In this document: piece after piece, positions 32,233-42,299 of the stretch
Numbering within the stretch: the first letter of the stretch is position 1
Layout of the letters: the number at the start of each line of letters is the position of its first letter
Assembly (NCBI GenBank): GCA_963765205.1
Contig: CAVXVB010000009.1
Span: 992,001-1,056,000 of the forward strand
DNA from: an uncultured Verrucomicrobiae bacterium
Lineage (GTDB): Bacteria > Verrucomicrobiota > Verrucomicrobiia > Opitutales > JABDGR01
DNA length: 64,000 nt
Direction: 5' to 3'
Made by a program: the position numbers and the translations under genes
Notes under the pieces: generated by a model
Seen by the model: the letters and a program-made list of their open reading frames with translations, nothing else
Told to the model about the DNA's origin: nothing
Databases searched by the model: none

Positions 32233-32356
32233 GATAAAGGTGATACAATCCGGTCCATGCTTAGTCAATTCCTGATTCCGACCGGTCCCAGCCCTCGCGC
32301 GGAAATTACCGAGGCCAGCCCAGCCTTGCAGCTCCGGGGCCTCCTCCGGGAGCCAA

Positions 32357-33022
32357 TCAGTTAGCCGCGACCAAGGCGGTTGGCACGGCTTTGAACGTCC
32401 ATTGATAGGTTTGTGCCAAGCCCACTTGTCCGTCCCAGTTCGCCTCGTGCAGGGTCGCGGCCACCACCAGCCAGCCATTGGGCAGGTAGTGTCCCGTCAC
32501 GTCAATCGCCGCCCACGCAGTGCCGTTCGCGGCCGAAGTCGGGCCTTCCGCACTCATATACAGCGTCCCGTCCGGCAGAATGTTGATCGAAATTTCGCGG
32601 CTGAATTGGACGGAATTCCACTCGGGCCAGACCAGCATCGTGCGGGAGTAGGCTTTGGCATTGGCCGTGACCAGGACGGCCTGGTCGCCCACTTGTGCGT
32701 TGGCCCGCACTTGGCCCACGCTGTAGGTATCGAGCAGGCCGTGGGTCTGGCGTTGTGCATCCGGAAAAAAGGCCACGGGACTGGACGGGCCGGACACCAA
32801 CTCTGCCCGCCACGCACCGGAGGAGGGATGGCCTGGAGGGTTTTGCACGGAAACACGGGGGCCTGAGGTGGGAGACCAGTTTTCATACTTCGCCCGCACC
32901 GTAATGAACCGGTGCGCTAAAAGGGCCAGCCCCACTCCCAGAGCCAGCCAGACGAAAATCCACCGGGGTTTTCTTTGTCCCAGAGGTGAAGAAGGCGCAA
33001 GCTGATTAGATTCTGGATTCAT
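32357..33022 (-). CDS. Hypothetical membrane-anchored protein
   Basis: N-terminal TM (WIFVWLALGVGLALLA) followed by a beta-rich domain. Confidence 0.55.
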   Translation of the reverse strand: MNPESNQLAPSSPLGQRKPRWIFVWLALGVGLALLAHRFITVRAKYENWSPTSGPRVSVQNPPGHPSSGAWRAELVSGPSSPVAFFPDAQRQTHGLLDTYSVGQVRANAQVGDQAVLVTANAKAYSRTMLVWPEWNSVQFSREISINILPDGTLYMSAEGPTSAANGTAWAAIDVTGHYLPNGWLVVAATLHEANWDGQVGLAQTYQWTFKAVPTALVAAN

Positions 33023-33138
33023 GGCGAACGTCTCATTGTAAACGGGGCAAATGGAAAGTAAATTGTTTTTTCAGGGAGCAAAAAACGCGCATCGCAGGGA
33101 TGCGCTGGCCCATTTCCACCTTGATAAAACGGTCAATT

Positions 33139-34503
33139 TCATTTCGTCGAAACGCCGATGGTCTCCCCGCCATACCAGCGATGCAAGACTGCGGGCACGC
33201 GCACGCGGCCGTCGGCTTCGAGGTTGTTTTCCAGAATCGCGGCGAGCACGCGCGGCACCGCGAGGCCGGAGCCGTTAAGCGTGTGGACGACTTCCGGCTT
33301 GCCGCCGTCGGCGGGGCGGTAGCGGATGCCCGCGCGGCGCGCCTGAAAGTCCGTGAAATTCGAGCAGCTCGAGACTTCCAGCCAGCGCTTTTGCCCGGCG
33401 GCCCAGACTTCGAGGTCGTATTGCTTGGCGTGCGGGAAGCCGATGTCGCCCACGCAAATCAGCAGCACGCGATACGGGAGGCCGAGTTTTTGCAGCAGGC
33501 GCTCCGCGTCGGCGCGCAATTTCTCCAACTCCTCGAAACTTGTCTCGGGCTTGACCCACTTGACGAGTTCGACCTTGTCGAACTGGTGCAGGCGATTGAG
33601 GCCGCGGACATGCGCGCCCCAACTGCCGGCCTCGCGCCGGAAACAGGGCGTGTAGCCGCAGCGGTAGAGCGGCAAATCCTGCTCGCCCAAAATCTCGCCG
33701 CGGAAAAAATTCGTCACCGGCACCTCGGCGGTGGGGATGAGATACAAATTATCCACGCCGACGTGATACATCTGGCCTTCCTTGTCGGGCAACTGGCCGG
33801 TGGCCGTGGCGCTGGCGGGGTTGACCATCAGGGGCGACCAGATTTCCGTATAGCCGGCCAGGCGTGCCTCTTCGAGGAAGAAGCTCACCAACGCGCGCAC
33901 CAGCCGCGCCATGTCGCCGACATAGAATGGAAAGCCCGCGCCCGTGACTTTCACGCCACGCTCGAAATCCACCTGCTGCGAAAACCACGGAATGTCGAAA
34001 TGCGGCGCGGCGTGCGGCGAAAGCTTGGCCACGTCACCCCAAGTTGAGACGGTGACGTTGTCGGCCTCGGTGCGGCCATCGGGCACGCTTTCGTGCGGGA
34101 GGTTCGGCACGGTCAGGGCGATTTTATCCCATTCCTCGTCGGCGGTTTTGGCCAGGGCTTCCAAGTCTTTGACGTGTGTGGAAAAAACTTTTAAGTAATT
34201 CTTTAGATCTTCTGAGCTGCTCAAACTCGGCAAAGATTTTTCTTCAGGGAATTGCTTCTGATACAACTTTAATATTTGCGCCTGAGAAAATGCGTCTAAT
34301 TCAAAGGGTCGAGGTTTGAGTGACTTAACATAACTCTCCTGAATCTTCTTCTGTTCACTTCGAGCCTGCTCGGCCTCGGCGACGGCGGCGCGGCGCTTCG
34401 CGTCGGCGGCGAAAACGGCGTCAAAGTCCACGGCAAACTTCTTGCGCGCGACGGTTTTGCGCACGCGGTCGGGTTCTTCACGCAGCAGCTTGAGGTCAAT
34501 CAT
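33139..34503 (-). CDS. serS: Serine--tRNA ligase with AT-rich in-frame segment in the N-terminal arm
   Basis: MIDLKLLRE, VPNLPH, LIPTAEVP, CFRREAGS, LNRLHQFDKVE, EVSSCSN, HTLNGSGLA. Confidence 0.97.
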   Translation of the reverse strand: MIDLKLLREEPDRVRKTVARKKFAVDFDAVFAADAKRRAAVAEAEQARSEQKKIQESYVKSLKPRPFELDAFSQAQILKLYQKQFPEEKSLPSLSSSEDLKNYLKVFSTHVKDLEALAKTADEEWDKIALTVPNLPHESVPDGRTEADNVTVSTWGDVAKLSPHAAPHFDIPWFSQQVDFERGVKVTGAGFPFYVGDMARLVRALVSFFLEEARLAGYTEIWSPLMVNPASATATGQLPDKEGQMYHVGVDNLYLIPTAEVPVTNFFRGEILGEQDLPLYRCGYTPCFRREAGSWGAHVRGLNRLHQFDKVELVKWVKPETSFEELEKLRADAERLLQKLGLPYRVLLICVGDIGFPHAKQYDLEVWAAGQKRWLEVSSCSNFTDFQARRAGIRYRPADGGKPEVVHTLNGSGLAVPRVLAAILENNLEADGRVRVPAVLHRWYGGETIGVSTK

Positions 34504-34690
34504 GGGAGGGAAAACCGTTTAGAATGATGAATCTCCCCCACCCTGACGAGACTGAAAATCCGGGGCGTGAAGCGGGGCAATCCACCGCCGAAATGGAAGA
34601 TCAGGAAATAATCCGAAAGCTCCAACTCGGCAAATGACCATCTCAAACACTAAAGATTGGGTTTTGACTTTTGACGGGAAAGGGAGATAG

Positions 34691-35638
34691 TTACCTCTTT
34701 AACGCCTTCTCGACATTCATCAAAACGATGTTCGCGCTGAGTTTGGCGAGTTTGCCGTCCGGGGCGCGGATGATGGTGTGGCGGGGGTTGTCCAAGGGAT
34801 AAGGGCCGAAGCGTTCGTGGTCGGTGGGGCCGAAGAGGGCGACGACGGGGCGGTGCATCGCCGCGGCGAGATGCATTGGGCCGCTATCATTGCAAATGAC
34901 GAGGCGCGCGGCGGCGATGATTTCCGGCAACTCCGCGAGGCCCGTGCGGCCCAGCAGGTTCGCAAAGCGGTCTTCGGGCCAGGTCAATTCCGGCTCGGGA
35001 CCGGTGCTGCCGGCCCAGACAATCGAGAGATCGGGGCGGTGCTTGAGCAGGTGTTCGGTCAATTCATAAAAGCCCGGCCATTCCTTTTTCTTGACGCGGC
35101 TGTCGGGAAACATGACCAGCGGCCCGCGCTCCGCCCATTCCGGCGACAAGGCCGGGTGTTCGGTGGCCAAAAACTCGAGTGGCTCGACGGATAAGCGGTC
35201 GCTCAAGCCGAGCAGGGGCAGGAATTGGCGCAGGATGTCGAGCGCGTGGGAGTGGCGGCCGCCGGGCGGCAGCCTGGGATGCTGGCGGGTGAGCAAGCCC
35301 GCGCCCTCGCGGCCATCGGCCCGGCCGGCTTTGTGGGTCGCGCGCGCGGCGGCCAGGAGAAGCGCGCTGCGGGCCAGCCCTTGCATATCCAGCGCCCAAT
35401 CATACTGCTCGCGGCGGATTTCCTTCGCCAGCCGCGCAAATGACGCCAGCGACCCGTGGCGGTCGAATTCATAGACGCGGTCCACCACCGGGCAGGCGCG
35501 CACGAGGGGCGCGAAGGCCTTGGCGGCCACCCAATCCACCTGCGCGTCAGTCGTTTGCGCCCGCAAAGATTGGGCCACCTGGAGGCCGTGGATGATGTCG
35601 CCCAACGAAGAAGGCTTGATTATCAGGACGCGGAGCAT
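34691..35638 (-). CDS. LPS heptosyltransferase (GT9, WaaC/WaaF-like)
   Basis: LIIKPSSLGDIIH, YDWALDMQGLARS, CNDSGPMHLAAA, ALFGPT. Confidence 0.9.
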   Translation of the reverse strand: MLRVLIIKPSSLGDIIHGLQVAQSLRAQTTDAQVDWVAAKAFAPLVRACPVVDRVYEFDRHGSLASFARLAKEIRREQYDWALDMQGLARSALLLAAARATHKAGRADGREGAGLLTRQHPRLPPGGRHSHALDILRQFLPLLGLSDRLSVEPLEFLATEHPALSPEWAERGPLVMFPDSRVKKKEWPGFYELTEHLLKHRPDLSIVWAGSTGPEPELTWPEDRFANLLGRTGLAELPEIIAAARLVICNDSGPMHLAAAMHRPVVALFGPTDHERFGPYPLDNPRHTIIRAPDGKLAKLSANIVLMNVEKALKR

Positions 35639-35695
35639 TTCAAAAGGGTGCGCCCCGCACGATGGCGGGGCCGCGCGGCAAATCCAACTTTTTTC

Positions 35696-37657
35696 GTGCT
35701 TTATTACCTACTGGCGGGAATCGGCTACATGCTGGCGGCGCTGCCGGAAAGCGTCCTGGCGGCTTGCTGCCGCCCGCTGGGCTGGCTCGTCGCCACCGTC
35801 CCGAGCGGCCGGCGGCGCACGCTGCGTGCGAACCTGCACCATGTTTTCCCGGACAAAACGGAGGCGTGGCGGCGGAAAATCGCCGTCGAGTCGGCCCGGC
35901 GCAGCCTGGAAATGGTGTTGTTTGTGCTGGCTTCGCCGTATTTCTCGAAGGCGCGGCTGCAGCGGCAGTTTCCGCTGGACGAGGATTTTCGGCGAATGCT
36001 GGACGAGCACCAGGCGACGCCGGGGCCAATTGTCGTGCTTTCGCCGCATTTTTCGCTGATGGAGGCGAATACGCTGGTGCCGATGCTTTATGGCAAGCCG
36101 CTGCCGCCCATGGCCGCGATTTACCGGCCGCTCGACGTGCCGGGCATGGAGCGCTGGGTCAAGGCCACGCGCGAGCGCTGGGGGCTGCGGCTGCTCTCGC
36201 GCAAGGCCGGCTTTTTCCAGGCGATTGATTTGCTGCGGCACAATGGCGCGGTCGTCGTCTTGTTCGACCAGAATGCCGGTGACCGCGGCGCGCTTTCGCT
36301 GTTTTGCGGGCGCGTGTGTTCGACCACCGAACTCGCCGGGCTGCTCGTCGAAAAGTGCCAGGCGCGGACGTGCTTCATTTACCCGGAGCGCCGCGGTTTT
36401 CTGCGCGCGACGATCCGCGGCGAATACCTCGTCAACCCGCCGGGGGGCGACGCCGTGCTTTTTGCCGCGAACCGCTGGCTCGAAGAGAAATTGCGTTCGA
36501 GCGAGGAGGTCTGTCCGGACTGGCTCTGGCTCCATTCGCGCTGGCGGCATCAGGACGAGCCGCGGCGGCGCTTCCGGCTCGAATCGAAGCGCAATCTGCT
36601 CGCACCCCAACTCGCCAGCCTCGGCCTCGCCACCCCACCCCGCGTCACGCGCTTTTTCATCCGGCTGCCAAATTGGCTCGGCGACGTGGTCATGGCCCTG
36701 CCGCTGCTGCGCGCGTTGCGGAAGGGTCGCCCCGACGCGGAACTGACGCTGCTCGCGCCCGCCGCGTTTGGGCCGTTGCTCGAAAAACTGGCCGTCGGCG
36801 ACCACATGCTGGCGGTGCCGATGAAAGGCTCCGAGCAACGACAATTTTTCCGCAGCCTGCGTGAGGAATACCCGGATACTTATATTTTCTTCACCAATTC
36901 CCTGCGCGGCGATCTGGGCGCGAAGGCCACCGGCGCGCCGCAGCGCTTTGGGATGACGCGGCCCGGCAAATGGCGCCCGCTGCTCACGCACGAATGGCGC
37001 GTGCCGGAGGATTTGGATGAAACGACAATGCACCAGACGCGCGTGTGGGAGAAATTTTTCCAGCACTTTGGCCTGCGCGAAGAGTTGGATTTGACGGCGT
37101 TTACGATGCCATCCAAGCGGGCGCAGCAAGACTGCGCCCCTACAATAAAGTCTGCGTCCGCGACGAACCAGGGCGGTCTTTTGATTGGCTTGATTTGCGG
37201 CACGGAAAATTTTCCCGAAAAACGCTGGCCGGCGGCGCGCTGGCGCGAATTGATTCAGGCCATTCTGGCGGTGCGTGCCGACGCGCAGATCACGCTATTT
37301 GGCACGACGAACGATATGCCGATAACGAAGGCCGTGGCGGATGGTTTTTCGCCCAACCAAGTTCTCAATCACGCGGGTCAAACCACTTTGGTCGAATTCG
37401 CCGACGCGCTGGGCGATTGCGCGGTGGTTGTCTGCAACGACACCGGCGGGATGCACCTGGCGAATCTGTTGGGCGTGCCCGTCATCGCCCTCTACGGCCC
37501 GACGAATCCCCTGCGCACCGGCCCGATTTTCGCCGCCCCGCGCGTCATCCTGCAACCCCCTGGCTGCCCGCCCACCGGCGGCGCGCCCCTCACGAAACTC
37601 TCCTCCGTCCAAGTGGTCGAGGCGTTACAGCCCTGGCTGAGGCAGAGTGCATCTTAA
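35696..37657 (+). CDS. Fusion of lipid A acyltransferase (LpxL/HtrB-like) and GT9 heptosyltransferase (WaaF-like)
   Basis: N-half HFSLME, FDQNAG, DWLWLHSRW; C-half IRLPNWLGDVVMALP, KRWP, CNDTGGMHLA, LYGPTNP; GTG start at 35696. Confidence 0.87.
   Translation: MLYYLLAGIGYMLAALPESVLAACCRPLGWLVATVPSGRRRTLRANLHHVFPDKTEAWRRKIAVESARRSLEMVLFVLASPYFSKARLQRQFPLDEDFRRMLDEHQATPGPIVVLSPHFSLMEANTLVPMLYGKPLPPMAAIYRPLDVPGMERWVKATRERWGLRLLSRKAGFFQAIDLLRHNGAVVVLFDQNAGDRGALSLFCGRVCSTTELAGLLVEKCQARTCFIYPERRGFLRATIRGEYLVNPPGGDAVLFAANRWLEEKLRSSEEVCPDWLWLHSRWRHQDEPRRRFRLESKRNLLAPQLASLGLATPPRVTRFFIRLPNWLGDVVMALPLLRALRKGRPDAELTLLAPAAFGPLLEKLAVGDHMLAVPMKGSEQRQFFRSLREEYPDTYIFFTNSLRGDLGAKATGAPQRFGMTRPGKWRPLLTHEWRVPEDLDETTMHQTRVWEKFFQHFGLREELDLTAFTMPSKRAQQDCAPTIKSASATNQGGLLIGLICGTENFPEKRWPAARWRELIQAILAVRADAQITLFGTTNDMPITKAVADGFSPNQVLNHAGQTTLVEFADALGDCAVVVCNDTGGMHLANLLGVPVIALYGPTNPLRTGPIFAAPRVILQPPGCPPTGGAPLTKLSSVQVVEALQPWLRQSAS
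37119..37143 (-). repeat. GTAG-type REP palindrome inside a coding region
   Basis: Minus strand GTAG-GGGCGCAG-TCTTG-CTGCGCCC (perfect 8-bp stem). Confidence 0.7.
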
Positions 37658-37717
37658 GCTCTATCACGGTTACATTATCGAATTGCAGACCCCCCGAAAC
37701 CTCCGTAAAGACTGACC

Positions 37718-40700
37718 ATGCCGTCCAACTTTGACCAAGCATTTGAGAAGGTGAAGCAACTTGTGGCCGATTTCCAAGCCAACGAGAAATTCTACCTCTC
37801 TCCGGCATATCAGGAGCAGGAAGCCCGCCACGATTTCATTGACAAGTTCTGGAGCGCGCTGGGCTGGGATGTAAACCACGAGACGCAAAAAAATCCTTAC
37901 GAGCAGGAAGTAAAAGTCGAGCGCAAGGGACAGGGGGCTTCCCAACGCAAGGCTGACTACGCTTTTTTTCTTAGTCCCGATTTTCGAAACGTGAAGTATT
38001 ACGTTGAGGCTAAAAAACCGTTTGGAGATATCGCGACCAGGGACAATTACTTCCAAGCCATACGCTACGGATGGGGCAGCCAGACCCCTGTTGCCGTGCT
38101 CCACAATTTCGAACAGTTTGAGATGGTGGATTGCCGCTATATGCCAAACGTAGAAACCGCGCTGCAGCAATGCATCCGAAAATACCGTTGTACCAATTAT
38201 CTAGAGCAGGAGAAATTTGCCGAAATCTACTGGCTCTTCTCCCGCGAAGCCCTGGCAGGTGGTTCTCTGAAAAAATTTGCGGAAACGCTCCCCAAAAAAC
38301 GACGCAACGTCGCCAAGCCCGGCTTAGCCAAAGGCGGAGATGAACCTATGGACGAAGCATTTCTTGCGGAACTCGGTCACCAGCGTGCAGCCCTCGCCCG
38401 TTCCTTCAAAAACAACAATCCGGAGCTTGACGGCGAAAAACTCACCGAACTCACCCAACGCACACTGGATAGGCTGGTTTTCCTGCGTTTTCTCGAAGAC
38501 AAACATATCGAGCCGCAAAACCGCATCCCTTATTTCGGCGACAAAAGAACGGCCTGGCAGGACTTTATTGCCGAATCCCGTCGCTTGGACGGCATCTACA
38601 ATGGCATCGTTTATAAACACCACGACCTGTTGGATTCGCCCTGGTTTAAGGTTGATGACGACACTTTTGCTTCGATCTGCAAACGGCTGGGTCACCTCCA
38701 TTCGCCTTATGACTTTAACGCCATCCCCATTCATATTCTCGGCGGCATTTATGAACGTTTTCTTGGGACGGTCATTGTCACAACTGATAAACGGGCAACC
38801 CCAGTCGAGAAGCCAGAGGTGCGCAAGGCCGGCGGCGTTTACTACACCCCCGAATACATAGTCCACTACATCGTCGAAAACACCGTGGGCAGGTTAATTG
38901 AGGGCAAAACACCGGCACAAATTGAAAAGTTACGCTTTGCTGACATCGCCTGCGGCAGCGGTTCATTCCTTCTGGGCATTTACGATTGTCTGCTCCGCTA
39001 CCACACCAAGTATTACAACGACAATCCCGCCAAGGCAAATATAGGAGGTAAAGGAAAAAAGGGGCTATGGCCAGATTGCGAACAGCGTGACGACGGTTTA
39101 CATCTAACCTTGCGAAAAAAACGGGAAATTCTACTGAACAATGTTTATGGCGTGGACATAGACGCGCAAGCTGTGGAAGTCGCACAACTCTCCCTTTACC
39201 TCAAACTATTGCAGGACGAAACACCAGCCTCCGCCCGCGAACATCAGTTGGAATTCCACGAAACAATTTTACCCCCGCTCAACAAAAACATCATCTGCGG
39301 AAATTCCCTGATTGGGACAGACATTTTGGACGAGCAACTGTTCGCCGGAGGGGAAGAACGCAAACTCAACGCGATGAATTTCGAGGACGCCTTCCCGCAT
39401 ATCTTCAAGCGCAAGAGCCTGACCAATGAATTGCACGAGCCGCCGCCATCCGCTCCGCTTGGTTTTGACCTGCCTGGCACACCATTGCATGGTGCTTTCA
39501 GTTACAAGAAGCTCAAAAAGGCCAAACTCACCACGGGATCGCGACCATCCGAATCAAATTTGGCAGGTGGCTTTGACGCCATTGTCGGCAATCCGCCCTA
39601 CGGGGCAACTCTCACCCCGGCTGAATCAGAATATTTGTTGCAAAAATTCAAACTTCAGGAATACCAACTTGATACTTATCTTTTGTTTGTCGAACGCGCC
39701 TTGTCGCTAGTCGTTGAAAAGGGGTTAATAGGCCTGATTATTCCGAACACCTGGCTGCTCAATTTACTTTCACCGCAAATCCGAAAAGCAATTTTTGAAA
39801 AAACAAAAATCGAGAGCATCGCGCATTACCGTTACCCGGTCTTTCATCAAGCGACGGTTGACACCGAGGTGGCCATCTTCAGAAAGCAAAAACCAGATGT
39901 GGCAGACATGATCAATATCACACTGGTGGAAAAAGACGGACGCACGGATAACTACCCAATAGCGCAACAGCGCTGGCGGGACGGCCACGGGAAAGCCGTA
40001 AATATATTCGAGCGGCCGGAAATGATTGGCTTGGCGGACAAACTAAAATCACTTCGGCGCTTGGACGATGTTTGCCGGATTACCCAAGGCGCGAAACCGT
40101 TTCAAGTGGGCAAGGGAAAGCCGCCCCAAACCCGAAAGGTTGTTGATGAAAAACCATTCGTTTCCACGAAGCGGGAAAATTCAACTTTTCGGCCGCTGCT
40201 CCGTGGCAGTTTGATGAACAAATACACCATCTACTGGAACAAGGATTACTGGATTAGTTTTGGCGACTGGCTGGCCGAGCCACGCTATTCAGCGGATTAC
40301 GACGCAAGCGTCAAAATTATTGTTCGCCAAACTGGCGACTCCTTGATCGCCACCCTTGATCGTGAACAATTTATTGTGCGCGACAATCTTTACACCATGG
40401 TTCCGCGTGCAGACGCATTGGATTTAAGGTTTATCCTGGGGCTGATCAACTCGACCCTCTTGAATTGGTTTTACCAAAATGTGCTTAATCCAGAACGAGG
40501 AGAAGCTCTGGCGCAAGTAAAACGCGGCCATCTGGCTGAGCTGCCAATACTTGAATTTAAGGCTGCCGAGGCCCGCTACGCCCGCATTGTCCAACTGGTG
40601 GAACAAATGCTGGCCGCGCAGAAGCAACTGGCTGGCGCGCAAACCGACAAGGACAAGAGTTATTACGAAAAAAAATGTGCCTCACTGAGCCGGCAAATCG

Positions 40701-40771
40701 ACGCGCTGGTCTATGACCTTTACGGTTTGACCGAGGACGAAATCAAAATCGTAGAAGGAGCCACCGCATGA
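37718..40771 (+). CDS. Type IIG restriction-modification enzyme (nuclease + N6-adenine MTase + TaqI_C-like TRD)
   Basis: N-terminal ADY..VEAKK PD-(D/E)xK-like motif, GVYYTP, DIACGSG, GFDAIVGNPPY, KIIVRQT, LGLINS, IDALVYDLYGLT; lower GC. Confidence 0.92.
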   Translation: MPSNFDQAFEKVKQLVADFQANEKFYLSPAYQEQEARHDFIDKFWSALGWDVNHETQKNPYEQEVKVERKGQGASQRKADYAFFLSPDFRNVKYYVEAKKPFGDIATRDNYFQAIRYGWGSQTPVAVLHNFEQFEMVDCRYMPNVETALQQCIRKYRCTNYLEQEKFAEIYWLFSREALAGGSLKKFAETLPKKRRNVAKPGLAKGGDEPMDEAFLAELGHQRAALARSFKNNNPELDGEKLTELTQRTLDRLVFLRFLEDKHIEPQNRIPYFGDKRTAWQDFIAESRRLDGIYNGIVYKHHDLLDSPWFKVDDDTFASICKRLGHLHSPYDFNAIPIHILGGIYERFLGTVIVTTDKRATPVEKPEVRKAGGVYYTPEYIVHYIVENTVGRLIEGKTPAQIEKLRFADIACGSGSFLLGIYDCLLRYHTKYYNDNPAKANIGGKGKKGLWPDCEQRDDGLHLTLRKKREILLNNVYGVDIDAQAVEVAQLSLYLKLLQDETPASAREHQLEFHETILPPLNKNIICGNSLIGTDILDEQLFAGGEERKLNAMNFEDAFPHIFKRKSLTNELHEPPPSAPLGFDLPGTPLHGAFSYKKLKKAKLTTGSRPSESNLAGGFDAIVGNPPYGATLTPAESEYLLQKFKLQEYQLDTYLLFVERALSLVVEKGLIGLIIPNTWLLNLLSPQIRKAIFEKTKIESIAHYRYPVFHQATVDTEVAIFRKQKPDVADMINITLVEKDGRTDNYPIAQQRWRDGHGKAVNIFERPEMIGLADKLKSLRRLDDVCRITQGAKPFQVGKGKPPQTRKVVDEKPFVSTKRENSTFRPLLRGSLMNKYTIYWNKDYWISFGDWLAEPRYSADYDASVKIIVRQTGDSLIATLDREQFIVRDNLYTMVPRADALDLRFILGLINSTLLNWFYQNVLNPERGEALAQVKRGHLAELPILEFKAAEARYARIVQLVEQMLAAQKQLAGAQTDKDKSYYEKKCASLSRQIDALVYDLYGLTEDEIKIVEGATA

Positions 40772-41385
40772 AAACCCAACTTGCTCAGCCTCACCCAAGT
40801 CAACGAACGACCCAGACCGTCCGCGCATCGTCACGCAAAAAGCACGGCCCTGCTGCGGCGCGGAAGGCGAACGGAGACCAATTTAAAGCCGACTTCCGCG
40901 CTTGGCGGTCGACGCTCCCGGCTGGCATGGAACGCGAAACGTTCCTCATGCCGTGGGCAATCGCCGAATCTGTCTGCGCCGAAGTTTCACGCTTTTTCGA
41001 TCTCGAATTGCCCGCTCGTTACACCGGTTGGCTGGAAGCGAAGGCGCTGCATTGTTACGATGGCAATCCCCATTTCCACAAACTTATGCATCGCGGCGGC
41101 AATCGTTCAATAGACCTGCTTTATGCATTCATGCGGCACTGGCTGACGAGTTTTCTGCATTTGGAACGTCCAGATTTATTCCGTTGTCTACCGGTTGATT
41201 TTGGCAACGGCCTACGTTTGCCAGACGGCCTGCATCCGCACCTCAATCGGATGGGTGGCGGGCCGGGTTTTATCCCGAGGCCACTCCCATGGGATGCCTC
41301 GCGGGTGACACGGCACGAACGCTGGGCATGGCTGAAAGGGGTTGTAATTCCCGACGGTCCCGCATTCTCCCACCCGCACGGTTGA
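40768..41385 (+). CDS. Hypothetical protein coupled (ATGA overlap) to the Type IIG gene
   Basis: 4-nt ATGA overlap; 205 aa; Trp/Arg-rich helical core with FMRHWL. Confidence 0.65.
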   Translation: MKTQLAQPHPSQRTTQTVRASSRKKHGPAAARKANGDQFKADFRAWRSTLPAGMERETFLMPWAIAESVCAEVSRFFDLELPARYTGWLEAKALHCYDGNPHFHKLMHRGGNRSIDLLYAFMRHWLTSFLHLERPDLFRCLPVDFGNGLRLPDGLHPHLNRMGGGPGFIPRPLPWDASRVTRHERWAWLKGVVIPDGPAFSHPHG

Positions 41386-41428
41386 CCGCGTGTTGCCTTG
41401 CCGCCACTGTTTTTCCCCACCCCACCCC

Positions 41429-42250
41429 ATGCCTGCCGCTGTTGAAACCGCTTTGCGTTGCTGCCCATTGTGCAGTTCGGACAACCGCGCCCAGCCGGCC
41501 AGCCCTTATAGCCAGGCGCCGTGGGAGTTGAAGACTTGCGCGGGGTGCGGGTTTGTTTACCTGGAAAATCCGCCGGGGTATGTGGCGCTGGAGGAGAATT
41601 TCGCGTGGGAAAAAACTTCAGCGGCCGAAGAGGCCCGGCGCGATGCCGACGGCCGCTGGCCAAGCGCCTCAGCCGCGCGTTCCGCCATTTCCGCCAGCGC
41701 GTGCTCAAGCGCGACAAGCTGACGGCGCTGCTGTTCCGCGAGTTGCCGAGCGGGAAGGTGCTCGATATCGGGTGCGGGGGCGGCGGGGTCATCAGCCGGC
41801 TGCCGGCCGGCCGTTACGAGCCGCACGGCATCGAAATCTCCCGCGCGCTGGCCGCGCAGGCAAACGCGCTCGCGCGGGCGCGGGGCGGTCGCGTGGTGCA
41901 GGCCAACGCCATCGCCGGGCTGGCCCAGTTGGCGCCGGAGTCGCTCGATGCCGCGCTGCTGAGCGGCTTCCTCGAACATGAGACGCAGCCGGCGCTCCTG
42001 CTGCGTGAGCTGCGGCGCGTCTTGCGCGCGGGCGCCCCGGTCATTGTCAAGGTACCCGAATTACGGGTGCGTCACCCGTGTCGTGCGCGGGGCCAAATGG
42101 TGCGGCTTCCGCCATCCCGACCACGTCAATTATTTCACGCCGCGCAGCCTCGCGCGGCTGGCGGGCGACTGCGGTTTCCGCGTCGCCCGCTGCACGCTGG
42201 GCGACCGCTGGCCCCTGTCGGACAACCTCTGGGCCGTGCTGCGGAAATAA
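41429..42250 (+). CDS. Class I SAM-dependent methyltransferase with CxxC zinc ribbon; apparent frameshifts near 41650 and 42060
   Basis: CPLC..CAGCGFVY in one frame, VLDIGCGGG..GIEIS..FLEH in a second, VPNY..PDHVNYFT in a third. Confidence 0.8.
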
Positions 42251-42299
42251 AGATTCAGAGTTGCGCGCGGCACGCCGCCGGATTGAATGGTCTTTTCCC

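Noticed and set aside
34175..34362. Intein or intron in serS
   Set aside because: Too short, lacks intein terminal residues (C/S...HN) and any group I/II intron structure; frame is continuous
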